Source: Planctomycetota bacterium
GTDB lineage: Bacteria; Planctomycetota; PLA2
Assembly: GCA_036443405.1 (NCBI GenBank)
Contig: JAZFYD010000243.1
Location: 2,908 to 66,907, forward strand
Length of the DNA stretch: 64,000 bases
Direction of reading: 5' to 3'
Made by a program: the position numbers and the translations under genes. Shown here piece after piece: positions 11,122-20,545 of the stretch. The notes beneath the pieces were generated by a model. It was not told the origin of the DNA, searched no databases, and worked only from the letters and a program-made list of their open reading frames with translations. Each line of letters opens with the position of its first letter. Positions within the stretch are counted from its first letter, which is position 1.

Positions 11122-12438
11122 TCAGCGCCGGAGCGTGGCGAGCACCTCGAGGTGCGGCGTCTGCGGGAACATGTCCGCGGGGATGAGCGATTCGAGACGG
11201 AAGCCGCCACCGGCCATGCGTTCGATGTCGCGCGCGAGGGTCTCCGCGTTGCAGGACAGATAGAGCAGCGACGCGGCGCCCGAGTCGACGGCGCCCTTGC
11301 AGATGGCCTCCGAACAGCCGGCCCGGGGCGGATTGACCAGGAGCGTGTCCGCGCCGCTCAGATCGATCGTCGAGGCGTCAGCGGCCCGAAACTCGCAGCG
11401 CTGGGCCAGACCGTTGTGCTCGGCGTTTTGTTTTGCCGCAGCAACCGCGCGCGGAGCCAGGTCCACACCGAGCAGCGTGCGCGAGTCGTCCTCCACAAGC
11501 GCGAGCAGTCCGGCGACACCCGTGCCGCAGAAAAGTTCGACGACACGCGATCCGGTCACCCGTTCCGCGATCGCGCCGTAGAGCTTGTCGGCGACGCCGG
11601 GGTTCCCTTGGCAAAACGCGGTCGGCGGGACCACGACCTCGAGCCCCGAAAAGCGCTCGTGCAACGGACCCGAGCCGAATGCGAGCACCTCCTCCTCGTC
11701 CGACTGCACGCGATTGCCCGGCGCGGGGTGGTGCTGCACAAACGCCGCCTGCGCGCCGCCGCGCCGCGCGATCTCGCCGGCGAGTCCGACCCACCGCGTG
11801 GATTCGTCGCGATGCACCAGCGTGAATTGCGTCTCGCCCTGGCGATTGCCGCGCAGCAGGATCGAACGCAGCTCCTTGACGTCGCGGCCATCGGACAAAA
11901 ACGCGCGCGCGGCCTCCGCGATCCGCTCGAGTTCGGGGCGTAGGACTTCGCACCCGGTCGTGTCGACCAGTTTTTCACCGCGCGGGGGGCGCGCGCCAAA
12001 CACGAGCCGCCCTTTTTGCATCTGCGGCAACAGGAACGCCTTTGCTCGGTATGCGAACGCACGCGGCGACGTGATGCCTGCCTCGAACGCGGTTTCCGGA
12101 AACAGGCGCCCCGCCGCGTCGATCTTCATCTGGAACGCAGCGGTTTCGTGAACGTGCTGCCAACCGCAGCCACCGCACGGCCCGTGAATCGGACACGGGG
12201 GCGGGCGGCGCGCCGGATGCGCATCTCCCACCGGTTCCAAGAAACGCGCGACCGCCATCGGCCCGCCCTTGGAAACGTGCAAGACCCGCACGTGCGCCGC
12301 CTCTCCGGGAATCCCGCCCTGCACGCGCACACGCCAGCCTTCGTATTCGGCCAGCGCCTCGTCGCGCGACCCGAGCCGCGTAGGCGTGAGCGTGATGCGT
12401 TCGCCTTCCTGGAACGGACGGGGGTTTTTGGGACTCAT
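11122..12438 (-). CDS. RumA/RlmD-family 23S rRNA (uracil-C5)-methyltransferase (TRAM, Fe-S and SAM MTase domains)
   Basis: The TRAM region is followed by a Cys cluster CPIHGPCGGCGWQH. SAM-binding FCGTGV, LLVNPPRAG and YLSCN are present. The start is uncertain: ATG at 12438 or the earlier 12507. Confidence 0.85.
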   Translation of the reverse strand: MSPKNPRPFQEGERITLTPTRLGSRDEALAEYEGWRVRVQGGIPGEAAHVRVLHVSKGGPMAVARFLEPVGDAHPARRPPPCPIHGPCGGCGWQHVHETAAFQMKIDAAGRLFPETAFEAGITSPRAFAYRAKAFLLPQMQKGRLVFGARPPRGEKLVDTTGCEVLRPELERIAEAARAFLSDGRDVKELRSILLRGNRQGETQFTLVHRDESTRWVGLAGEIARRGGAQAAFVQHHPAPGNRVQSDEEEVLAFGSGPLHERFSGLEVVVPPTAFCQGNPGVADKLYGAIAERVTGSRVVELFCGTGVAGLLALVEDDSRTLLGVDLAPRAVAAAKQNAEHNGLAQRCEFRAADASTIDLSGADTLLVNPPRAGCSEAICKGAVDSGAASLLYLSCNAETLARDIERMAGGGFRLESLIPADMFPQTPHLEVLATLRR

Positions 12439-12605
12439 GCGGTTTGGGCTCGCTTGGATGGCCGGAAAGGAAGGCAACAGTATGGCGCGGCATCGGGTCC
12501 GAAGCACGTTTGTCGGCGGCGCAATTCCGAACAGTCCGGAAAAAGCCGCCAGGGATCGCCTTGACTGTCGCCACCCGTGAGGGAAGTTTGGGTTGGAGGG
12601 TCTAC

Positions 12606-13385
12606 ATGTCCGAACCGTCGAGCGTGAAAGCGCGGAGAGATCGATGGCTGCGGATCGCGGTGCGCCTCGTGCCCCGCCACATCCGCGACGAATTTCGAGC
12701 GAACCTGCTGGCTGACCGCAAACGGTCCATCGCCCGCGAGGGCACGACCGGCCCCGCGAACTGGATGTCGGCGCGCGAGCTGCTCAACGGCGTCGCGCAG
12801 CACTTCCCGTTGGAACCCGAAGCGATCGGCTCCCGCGCACCGTCGGCCGCCGTGCAGCGCGTCGGTCAGACGGGCTTTTGGCTATGGCGCCTCGCTGGGC
12901 CGCTCCTGTTCCTGGGGTACGTTCTCGGATCGGGCCCGCTCCTGCTCGGCGCCCTCACGGCGATTCTTGCCGCGTTTGCGTCCGCCACCGTGGTCATCCT
13001 GCGCGGCCCGGATCCGCTGTCGCCGGAGCAACACCGCACCGTCGTAGGTGTGCTCGTGGGCTCCGCCATGCTGGCCGGCGCCGCGTTCGTGGGTGCCGTT
13101 CCGACGCTCGTGTTGGTTGGGTTCAGCGCGGCCGTCGACTGGCCGGCCCTCGCGTCGTTTGCGTTTTCGGCGTTCGTCTTTTGCATGACCGGAGTCGTCG
13201 CGTGCTTCACGGCGACCGGTTGGGTGGCCAGCGTCTGGACTCAAACGCGCTTGATTCGCGTGAACGTACCGCCGCCCGCGTCTGGCCGGACGGTCGAACC
13301 GTTCGAACTCGTCGAGGACGAACTGCGCGAGCGTGAAAAAACACCGGAGCCCCAACCCGCCGGTGTGACCGTCGTGCCGCTTTGA
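12606..13385 (+). CDS. hypothetical polytopic membrane protein
   Basis: ATG at 12606 has GGAGGG 5 nt upstream. There is a basic N-terminal region and then about 4 predicted TM helices. Amino-acid composition looks coding-like. The first 54 codons of the track ORF are unlikely to be real. Confidence 0.5.
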   Translation: MSEPSSVKARRDRWLRIAVRLVPRHIRDEFRANLLADRKRSIAREGTTGPANWMSARELLNGVAQHFPLEPEAIGSRAPSAAVQRVGQTGFWLWRLAGPLLFLGYVLGSGPLLLGALTAILAAFASATVVILRGPDPLSPEQHRTVVGVLVGSAMLAGAAFVGAVPTLVLVGFSAAVDWPALASFAFSAFVFCMTGVVACFTATGWVASVWTQTRLIRVNVPPPASGRTVEPFELVEDELREREKTPEPQPAGVTVVPL

Positions 13386-13397
13386 GTGCGCCGGAGC

Positions 13398-13946
13398 CTA
13401 AAGGCGGACGACGACCTGCATCACGAGATTCGCGTAGATGCCGGCGATCACGTCGTCGAGCATGATGCCCGTGCCCGCGGGCGCGAACTCGGCCCTCCGG
13501 CACGGCGGCGGCTTGGTGATGTCGAACAACCGGAACGCGACAAACGCGCCGCCGAGCACCAACCAGGGTTTCTCGTGAAGCGGCAGGAGAAAAAGCGCCA
13601 CCAGATATCCCGCGACCTCGTCGATCACGAATCCGCCGGGGTCCTTGGTGCCCCAGTCAGTCGTCGCGCGGTTGCCCAGCACGATCCCGATGCCGAACAC
13701 AACGACGAACGCAACGCCCAGATAGGTCTGCGTGGGCGCGCCGGGTTCGATCTCGAGCGCCAGCCACCCCAGAAGAACGCCGCCGAGGGTGCCGAAAGTC
13801 CCCGGCGCAAACGGGGCAAGACCGAGCCCGAAGAAACTCCCGAGGAACTTCACGCCGACATCATGCGACACGAGGGCGCCCAACGCACGCGGTGCCGGTA
13901 TTCGAGGCTCCGACGGCGCCCGCAGTTGAGCCAGAAAACACGGCAC
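13398..13946 (-). CDS. pgpA: phosphatidylglycerophosphatase A
   Basis: Carries GLAPFAPGTFGTLGG and C-terminal GIMLDDVIAGIYANL, as in the PgpA family. The start is GTG but uncertain (13946 or an internal GTG at 13871). Confidence 0.8.
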   Translation of the reverse strand: MPCFLAQLRAPSEPRIPAPRALGALVSHDVGVKFLGSFFGLGLAPFAPGTFGTLGGVLLGWLALEIEPGAPTQTYLGVAFVVVFGIGIVLGNRATTDWGTKDPGGFVIDEVAGYLVALFLLPLHEKPWLVLGGAFVAFRLFDITKPPPCRRAEFAPAGTGIMLDDVIAGIYANLVMQVVVRL

Positions 13947-13992
13947 TCCAACTGCGTAGGCCGTCGGCCAAGGTAAACGCGCCCACCTGAAC

Positions 13993-14076
13993 CCATCTCA
14001 AACGCCACGATTGGACGGCTTCAACGGCGTCAGCCGTTGAGCCAGCATCACTGCAGCCGTTGGGCCAGAAACACTG
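13993..14076 (-). repeat. composite dispersed repeat copy between smc and pgpA
   Basis: ccatctcaaac...cttcaacggcgtcagccgttgagcc...gcagccgttgggccagaaac. The architecture and spacing match the 9.2 kb copy. Confidence 0.8.
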
Positions 14077-17000
14077 CTAGTTCAAACCGACCACACGGCC
14101 GGCTTCGATGTCGGCGAACTTCACGCTCACGCGGCGGCTGACCCCCGCCTCGGGCATCGTCACGCCGTAGAGCGTGTTGGCAACGGTCATCGTCGGCCGG
14201 GCGTGCGTGATCACGACGAACTGGCCGGAGACCGCGAAGTCCTTCAGCATCTCACACAGCCGCACGGTGTTGGATTCGTCCAGTGCGGCGTCCACCTCAT
14301 CGAGCAGGCAGAACGGCGGCGCCTTGGTCTGGTAGATCGAGAACAGCAGCGCAACCGTGGTCAGCGACTTCTCGCCACCGCTCAGAAGCGCCATGTTGCG
14401 CAGTTCCTTACCCGGAGGCCGCACCGCGATCTCGATGCCGGATCCGAGGACGTCCTCGGGATCCTGCAGCCGCAGCTCGGCCTTGCCGCCGCCGAAGAGC
14501 TTGCGGAAGACGACCTTGAAGTTCTCGCGCACCTCATCGAACGTCTTCTGGAAACGGGTCGTGCAGGTCTCGTCGATCTTCTCGATGGCGTCGCGCAGCT
14601 GCTTGTCGGCGGTGTTCAGGTCCGACTCCTCGCGGCGCATGAACGTAAGCTTCTCGTCGACGGACTCCAGCTCCTCCAACGCCGCGTGGTTGACGTTGCC
14701 CAGCCGTTCGAGTTTCGACCGGAGGTCCTCGATGCGTTGGTCGAGTTGCTCGGGATCGCCCTCGACCTCCTGGGCCGCGAGTTGCTCCTCGTCCCAGTCG
14801 ACGCCGTGGTCGCGCTTGACCTGCTCGAGCAGCGTCTCGATGCGCAACCGGTATTCGTTTTCCTTCAAGCGCTGCTGTTCGAGTTGCTCACGGCGTTTTT
14901 CGTGCAGATCGCGCAGCTGGTCCAGGTGGTCGCCGCTCGCCTTTAGGCGCGCCTCCATCTCCGCTGCAGACTGCCGGCGCTGCTCGATCTGTTTGGCCAA
15001 CGTGTCGACCGACCCGGCGCGCTCCGCTTCGAGGCGCTCGAGTGCCTCCACCTCGTTCTTGCACTCTGTCCCGCGCGCCCGGCAGCGCTCCGCCTCGACA
15101 CGACGGACCTCGGCCTCACGCTCGGCGGCGCCGATCGATTCCGTCAAAACACGGCACCGCTGCGCGGCCGCGCCGGCCTTCTCGGACCAGCGTGCGGCTT
15201 CGACCCGTGCATCGGTCTGGCGGGTCACCGCGTCGTGGCGCGCCAGCTCGGCGGTGGAAGTGCGGTCCTGCAGTCCCTTCGCTTCGTTTTCCAACACGTC
15301 GCGCTGCGACTCGGCCTTCGACCGGCGCTCACGCGCGACCTCGAGATCCGCTCCGTGCTCCTCGATGAGCCGCGCCACTTCGGAGCGCTCCGCATCCTCG
15401 AGCTCGCGTTCCTCGTTGCGCGATGCGACCGCCCGCTTCGCTGCCGCGACCTTTTCGGCCGCCACGCGCGTCTCGCTCGCGGTCTGCTTGATCGTGGGAC
15501 GCAACGCCGAAAGCGTGCGCTCCCACTCGACCGCCTTGCCGCGGGCTTGCTCCGCGCGGCCGCTGGCATCGGCGCGGGCTTCCGAGGTCTCGGCCAAACG
15601 CCGTTGGATCTGCGAGAGTTCCGTGTTTCTGGAAACCAAACCACCGCCCGCGCCGGCCCCGCCTGCGAGGGCGCCGTTGGCCGCCGCTTCCTCGCCGGTC
15701 CGGGCAATCGCGCGCCGGCCTTCCGCGAGCGCAATCTCCAGTGCGTCGTCGAGCGAATCCGCGATGCGGGTCGTCGCGAGCAGGGACGCGAGCAACGGAC
15801 GTGTCTCCGTGGCGATTGCGAGATCGTCGAACACGGGATCGAGCGGCGGCGCGTCATCCCGCAGACGGTCGAGGGGAATCAGCCGCGCGCGGCCGCGACG
15901 GTGCTCCTTGAGCCAAGCGATCGCAGCGCGAGCGTGCTCCGTCGTCTCAACGACCACGGCGCCGGCCAGATCACCCAAAGCGGAGTCCAAGAGCGCCGCC
16001 TGTTCGCCGACGTCCCCGAGGATGTCGGCCAACACGCCGCGCACACCGGCGATCCCACCGGCATCCGCCGCCTCGAGCAGCGCGCGCGTGCCGCCTCCGA
16101 GCCCCTCGCCTTCCTCGACGAGGCGTTGCAACAACTCGCGCCGTGCCTCGAGTCCCGCGGCCTCACCGGCGAGGTCGGCTGCATCGCCCGCAGCGCGATC
16201 CTTCTCGTCACGCGCCTCACGGGCCGCCTGTTCCGCCGCCGCGCTGCGCTCCTCGAGCGCGCGCAGCGTGTCCTCGGAACTCTTGAGCTCCAACTCCGCC
16301 TCGGCACACGCAACCTGAAGCTGCCGCAGCGATTCCGCGACGTCGGTCGCGCGCTGATCGAGACGGGCGCCGCGGCTCTGCAACGCGCGCAACTCGGCGT
16401 CGCTGTTCACCTCGGCGTTACGCGCTTCGGTCTCGACCGCGAAGGCCTCGGTGCGGCTCAGGCTGAGCGCCTCGATCTCCCGGCGCAGCACTTCGGCGCG
16501 CGCCTCGACCTCGCGGAGCAACGCGTCGGCGGCTTCGAGGCCGCGCGCGCGTTCGCCGCGCACCTCTTCGGCTTTCGCCTCTTCGTCTTGGGCCGTTTCC
16601 AACTCGGGTGTCAGGTCGTGCGCGCGACGCGAGGCCTCCGCGCCTTCGCTCTCCGCCTCCTGCGCACGCAACTCCAACTGCTCCGCCTCGCGCTCTCGGG
16701 CGTTGCGTTTTTCCGTCGAAGCCCGCTGCTCGCCGAGCAGCCTCGCCATCTCCGCCTCGCCCAGCGCGACGCTTTCGCGAAACTCGCTCTGCTGTTCGCG
16801 GTGGCCGGCCGTTTCCGCGACCGCTTCCTCGAGGTGGCGGCGCGCATCTTTTTCCGCGTCGTCCACCTGCGCCAGTGTTTCGGAAATGGTGTCGCGCTGC
16901 TTGGCCAGCACCGCGTAACGCGCGAGCGCACTCTGAACCCGCAGCGTGCGCAGCTCCTCGGTGAACTCCGTGAACCGCCGCGCCTTGCCAGCTTGGATCT

Positions 17001-17616
17001 TGAGACTGCGCTCGCGGGTTTCGAACTCGCCGAGCAGGTCACGCAGGCGTTCCAGGTTTTCCTGGGTACGTTCGAGCTTGCGCTGCGTCTCTTTGCGACG
17101 CGCTCGGTACTTCGCGATGCCCGCCGCTTCCTCGAAGACGGCGCGGCGCTCCACGGGATCGGCGCGCAGGAGCTGGTCGATGTTGCCCTGCTCCATGACC
17201 GCCATGGAACGGGAGCCGCCGCCGGAGTCCATCATCAACTCGCGCACGTCGCGCAGACGCACGGGGTTGCCATTGATCAGGTACTCGCTCTCGCCGGAGC
17301 GGTAGAGCCGGCGGCTGATCGCTACCTCTTCGTAGTCGATATCGAGGGTCGCGTCGGTGTTGTCGAAGACCAGCGAGACCTCCGCGAATCCAACGCCCTT
17401 GCGCCGGTCGGTGCCCGAGAAGATGACATCCTGCATGTCCTTGCCGCGCAGGCTCGTCGGCCGCTGTTCGCCCAGCACCCACTTGATCGCATCGACGACG
17501 TTGCTCTTGCCGCAGCCGTTGGGCCCGACGATGACGTTGATGCCGTCATCGAAGCTGAATTCCGTCCGGTCGGCGAAGCTCTTGAAGCCGTGCAGGATGA
17601 GTTTCTTGATCTTCAT
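14077..17616 (-). CDS. smc: chromosome segregation protein SMC
   Basis: 1179 aa. N-terminal MKIKKLILHGFKSFADRTEF...GPNGCGKSNVVDA and long coiled coils. The C-terminal signature is LSGGEKSLTTVALLFSI...LDEVDAALD. Confidence 0.95.
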   Translation of the reverse strand: MKIKKLILHGFKSFADRTEFSFDDGINVIVGPNGCGKSNVVDAIKWVLGEQRPTSLRGKDMQDVIFSGTDRRKGVGFAEVSLVFDNTDATLDIDYEEVAISRRLYRSGESEYLINGNPVRLRDVRELMMDSGGGSRSMAVMEQGNIDQLLRADPVERRAVFEEAAGIAKYRARRKETQRKLERTQENLERLRDLLGEFETRERSLKIQAGKARRFTEFTEELRTLRVQSALARYAVLAKQRDTISETLAQVDDAEKDARRHLEEAVAETAGHREQQSEFRESVALGEAEMARLLGEQRASTEKRNAREREAEQLELRAQEAESEGAEASRRAHDLTPELETAQDEEAKAEEVRGERARGLEAADALLREVEARAEVLRREIEALSLSRTEAFAVETEARNAEVNSDAELRALQSRGARLDQRATDVAESLRQLQVACAEAELELKSSEDTLRALEERSAAAEQAAREARDEKDRAAGDAADLAGEAAGLEARRELLQRLVEEGEGLGGGTRALLEAADAGGIAGVRGVLADILGDVGEQAALLDSALGDLAGAVVVETTEHARAAIAWLKEHRRGRARLIPLDRLRDDAPPLDPVFDDLAIATETRPLLASLLATTRIADSLDDALEIALAEGRRAIARTGEEAAANGALAGGAGAGGGLVSRNTELSQIQRRLAETSEARADASGRAEQARGKAVEWERTLSALRPTIKQTASETRVAAEKVAAAKRAVASRNEERELEDAERSEVARLIEEHGADLEVARERRSKAESQRDVLENEAKGLQDRTSTAELARHDAVTRQTDARVEAARWSEKAGAAAQRCRVLTESIGAAEREAEVRRVEAERCRARGTECKNEVEALERLEAERAGSVDTLAKQIEQRRQSAAEMEARLKASGDHLDQLRDLHEKRREQLEQQRLKENEYRLRIETLLEQVKRDHGVDWDEEQLAAQEVEGDPEQLDQRIEDLRSKLERLGNVNHAALEELESVDEKLTFMRREESDLNTADKQLRDAIEKIDETCTTRFQKTFDEVRENFKVVFRKLFGGGKAELRLQDPEDVLGSGIEIAVRPPGKELRNMALLSGGEKSLTTVALLFSIYQTKAPPFCLLDEVDAALDESNTVRLCEMLKDFAVSGQFVVITHARPTMTVANTLYGVTMPEAGVSRRVSVKFADIEAGRVVGLN

Positions 17617-17669
17617 GTGGATGCGGAGGATCGCGGCGAGCCGTCCTCCTCCGGTTGAGCCTTATCTTC

Positions 17670-19811
17670 TTAGATCGGCCGGGGTTTGTCGGCCGCCCTC
17701 ACGTATCGATCGGGCCAGGGCGCGAATTCGACGGCCCCCACCCGCAGGTCCCGCGCCAAGACTTCCAGCGCATCATAAAGGGCCTCCGGGCCCGGCGCGG
17801 TCTCGCGCGGGAAGCGCAATCCGAGCGTTGCCGACGAAGCGTCGAGCCACCCCTCGGCGGCAGCGAGCCCGGCGGACTGCAGGGTCGCCGAACAGTACCG
17901 GTCCGAGTCTCCAGGCAACTCCGATTCCGGCGGGAAAGCCCGGGCGATCCGGCGGTTTCGGATCCGGCCGGCGTCCAAAAACCGCCGCAGCGCCTCGCCG
18001 GCCCGATCCGACCCTGGGATGACCTTGAGGCGCATCTTGCGCGCCTCCTCCATCGCCCAAAGCGACACATACGACCGAATGCGTCCCGCCAAACGGAGAG
18101 CGTCCTCGCCGTCCGCCAGCAGCTCGGCCGCCGCGCGGACTCCGGACAGATGGAGAAGATCGAGCCCCGATCCGCCAGCGATACGCGGCCGTGCGCCCGC
18201 CGCGATGCGATAGAGCGGGCCGCTCGGGTCCGCCGCAAGTGCCGCGACGAAGCTCCGTTTCTGGCGCAGGGCCTTCAGCGCGAGGCCAACGCGGTGCTCC
18301 AGCGCCTCGAACAGGGCCGGCTCGTCCAGCCGGTCGAATCCGGCGGCGACATCGAGCACGTTGACGGCGACAAACCCGCAGAAACCGACGGCGGCCTCGC
18401 CGGCCGTCCTCAACTCCTCAGCCGCTTCCGCGCTCGAAAGCCGGTACGCCGAGGTCGATCGGGCGCCGTCGGAGCGATCGAACGCGATTCGGATGCGTCC
18501 CGTCTCGGAGGCGGCGGCAAGCAGCAGTAAAACCGCGGAGCGGTTCTTGTCGTCGGCCAACTGCTCGGGCGTCGCCTGGATCAGAAGGCGCGGAAGCGAC
18601 CGCATCCCTCCATCGCGGAAGAGCGCCCAGTGCTCGCGCACGAGACTCTCCGCGAGGCGAGTCTCGTCATTTGCGACCAGCGGGACGCGCAGACAGATCC
18701 GGAAACGGCCCCCGCGCGGGTCGATGGTTCGCAAAACGGGGTGCGCCAGAAGCCGCCGCGCCGCTTGCAGCGCGCGCTCGCCCCTCAACTGGCTCTCGGA
18801 AACGCGGTTCTCACTCTCGGGGGCCCCGTCGTTTAGCGACCCGGCGGCCGCGGCCCGCGCCACGCTCGACGGCGTGACCGGCTCTAGCCACGCGGGGCCA
18901 TCGGCGGGGCAAACGTCGAGGCAGACCTCGCGTGTCACCACCTCGCTCAACCGTCCGGCCGACAGCGCCGCGGTCTCCACCCAGGCATCGGGATCCGCCG
19001 CCGTACCTATGCGTCCCGCAGCGGCAATCCACTCGAACGGGCAACCCGCGTCGTAGACGTGAATGCGTGCGTCCAAGTGCGCGTTGACAACCTCCGCGCT
19101 GTAAACCTCCGCCAGCGCGTACTGCGTCAGCACGGTCTCCGCGACGGTTCGTTTGAGATCCTGCGGCCCGGTGGGACGCCAACCGCACTCTTTGTGGCCG
19201 CGTAACAGGCGGTCGATGTCGAAACGCGGAAGGCCTACGAGCGCCTGGCGCGCAACGCTTTCGCTGTAGCCCATCAGGAACAGCTCGGCCTCGACGAGTG
19301 AGCGGATCTGCGAGGTTGCGACGCGTTCCGGGCTGCTCTCGAAGATCTTGGCCTCGACGCGCGCGGCCACTTCGGCCGCCACATGTTCGTCGAGGTCCGC
19401 TTCGCGCACGAGCGCCTCCTGCACGCGCCGCTTGGACCACGGCGTGACGACGGCCCGCAAGGGGTTGCCCACCAGGGGCGCACCGCCGCCGCCTTCGGCG
19501 TGCACGGTCACGCGATCGCGTGCGCGCGCGCGGCGGTCCCGGTAGAGGATGTAGGCCTTGGCGGTGCTGGCGTGGCCGGTCTCGATGAGCACCTTCTCGA
19601 CCATGTCCTGGATCTCTTCGATCTGCGGAACACGGCCGGGGTACCGCTTTTCCAAAAACAGTGTGACGACACCGCTCAACTCCTCCGAGAGAAAGCGGTC
19701 CTCGCCTCCGACGGCGCAGGCGGCCTTGTAGATCGCGTCCGCGATCTTGCTCTCGTCGAAATCGACGAGACGGCCATCGCGTTTGCGGACTTTCGTGATG
19801 CGCCCGATCAC
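17670..19811 (-). CDS. NrdD-like (class III ribonucleotide reductase-like) protein with tandem N-terminal ATP-cones and no recognizable glycyl-radical C-terminus
   Basis: GTG at 19811 overlaps the nrdR stop (GTGA). ATP-cone 1 is VIGRITKVRKRDGRLVDFDESKIADAIYKA...AKAYILYR. A second cone-like segment is VATSQIRSLVEAELFLMGYSESVARQAL. AETVLTQYALAEVYSAEVVNAHLDARIHVYD resembles E. coli NrdD LLAGIVAKHYARQHLLPRDVVQAHERGDIHYHD. GFVAVNVLDVAAGFD...LFEALEHRVGLALKALRQKR resembles NrdD GVISLNLPRIALEAKG...FWKLLDERLVLARKALMTRIARL. No RVCGY-type glycyl radical motif or Cys-rich Zn ribbon is present at the C-terminus. Confidence 0.7.
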   Translation of the reverse strand: MIGRITKVRKRDGRLVDFDESKIADAIYKAACAVGGEDRFLSEELSGVVTLFLEKRYPGRVPQIEEIQDMVEKVLIETGHASTAKAYILYRDRRARARDRVTVHAEGGGGAPLVGNPLRAVVTPWSKRRVQEALVREADLDEHVAAEVAARVEAKIFESSPERVATSQIRSLVEAELFLMGYSESVARQALVGLPRFDIDRLLRGHKECGWRPTGPQDLKRTVAETVLTQYALAEVYSAEVVNAHLDARIHVYDAGCPFEWIAAAGRIGTAADPDAWVETAALSAGRLSEVVTREVCLDVCPADGPAWLEPVTPSSVARAAAAGSLNDGAPESENRVSESQLRGERALQAARRLLAHPVLRTIDPRGGRFRICLRVPLVANDETRLAESLVREHWALFRDGGMRSLPRLLIQATPEQLADDKNRSAVLLLLAAASETGRIRIAFDRSDGARSTSAYRLSSAEAAEELRTAGEAAVGFCGFVAVNVLDVAAGFDRLDEPALFEALEHRVGLALKALRQKRSFVAALAADPSGPLYRIAAGARPRIAGGSGLDLLHLSGVRAAAELLADGEDALRLAGRIRSYVSLWAMEEARKMRLKVIPGSDRAGEALRRFLDAGRIRNRRIARAFPPESELPGDSDRYCSATLQSAGLAAAEGWLDASSATLGLRFPRETAPGPEALYDALEVLARDLRVGAVEFAPWPDRYVRAADKPRPI

Positions 19812-20278
19812 GCTTTGCGCTTCTTCTTGGGCTTGAGCATGGGCTTGATCTCGTCCATGAACTCGTTCACGTCCTTGAAGTCGCGGTAGACCGAGGCGAA
19901 CCGGACATAGGCCACTTGGTCCACCTTCTTCAGCTCCCGCATCAGGAGCCGCCCCACGAACTTGCAGGGAACCTCCCGGTCGAACTGCTCGGTGACCTGA
20001 TGCTCGATGTGGTTGACGATGTCGTCGAGCACGGCCATGCTCACGGGGCGCTTCTCGCACGCCTTGATCAGGCCGGCGAGGATCTTGCGGCGCTCGAACG
20101 GCTCCCGGCGACCGTCCTTTTTGACCACCCGGATCGGGGACTCCTCGATCCGCTCGTATGTCGTGAATCGGCGGCTGCACGCCTCGCACTGGCGTCGGCG
20201 CCGGATGGCGAACCCGTCGGCGCTGGCGCGGGAATCGATGACTCGGTTGTCATCGGACTTGCAGAACGGGCATTTCAT
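19808..20278 (-). CDS. nrdR: transcriptional repressor NrdR (Zn-ribbon plus ATP-cone)
   Basis: N-terminal MKCPFCKSDDNRVIDSR...CEAC zinc ribbon and an ATP-cone (VVKKDGRREPFERRKILAGL...AYVRFASVYRDF). This is the canonical NrdR architecture. Confidence 0.9.
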   Translation of the reverse strand: MKCPFCKSDDNRVIDSRASADGFAIRRRRQCEACSRRFTTYERIEESPIRVVKKDGRREPFERRKILAGLIKACEKRPVSMAVLDDIVNHIEHQVTEQFDREVPCKFVGRLLMRELKKVDQVAYVRFASVYRDFKDVNEFMDEIKPMLKPKKKRKA

Positions 20279-20466
20279 CCGGTGGTGTCTTCGACGAGCC
20301 TGTCTTTGAGCCTGTTTTTTCTCGAACGAGCGTCATCCAGTCGTCGGGATCCCAGTCAGCCTTTGAAACTGGTTGAGGTCCCACTCTTTTGCAACCCACC
20401 GGGCCCGGCCAGCGGCCCGAACGACCGCCCCTTGCACGGGGCTGATATAGGGATCGAACCCGACAC

Positions 20467-20517
20467 CACACGATACATGGCTATAAGGACGCTAGCACAC
20501 TAGGTATTGTGCGTCAA
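20467..20517 (-). promoter_or_regulatory. candidate nrdR promoter (TTGACG-17-TAGCGT) with an NrdR-box-like palindrome in the spacer and a weaker second box about 30 bp away
   Basis: On the minus-strand sense: gcgTTGACGcacaatacctagtgtgcTAGCGT. The spacer (20495-20511) is exactly the palindrome CACACTAGGTATTGTG. It matches 13/16 to the NrdR box consensus acaCwAtATaTwGtgt. A second box-like sequence acacgatacatggcta (20467-20482) matches 10/16, with centres 30 bp apart. Confidence 0.45.
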
Positions 20518-20545
20518 CGCAGCCGGGGCCGGGCCCGGCGGCGGC

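Noticed and set aside
19812-20189. N-terminal 126 codons of the 839-aa track ORF 17670..20189.
   Set aside because: This part overlaps nrdR in another frame and is Arg/Pro/Gly-rich. The real start is the GTG at 19811 coupled to the nrdR stop.
20440-20475. tRNA-like T-arm sequence GGGTTCGATCCC on the minus strand upstream of nrdR.
   Set aside because: The flanking sequence does not give a complementary T-stem, acceptor stem or anticodon arm. No cloverleaf can be drawn.
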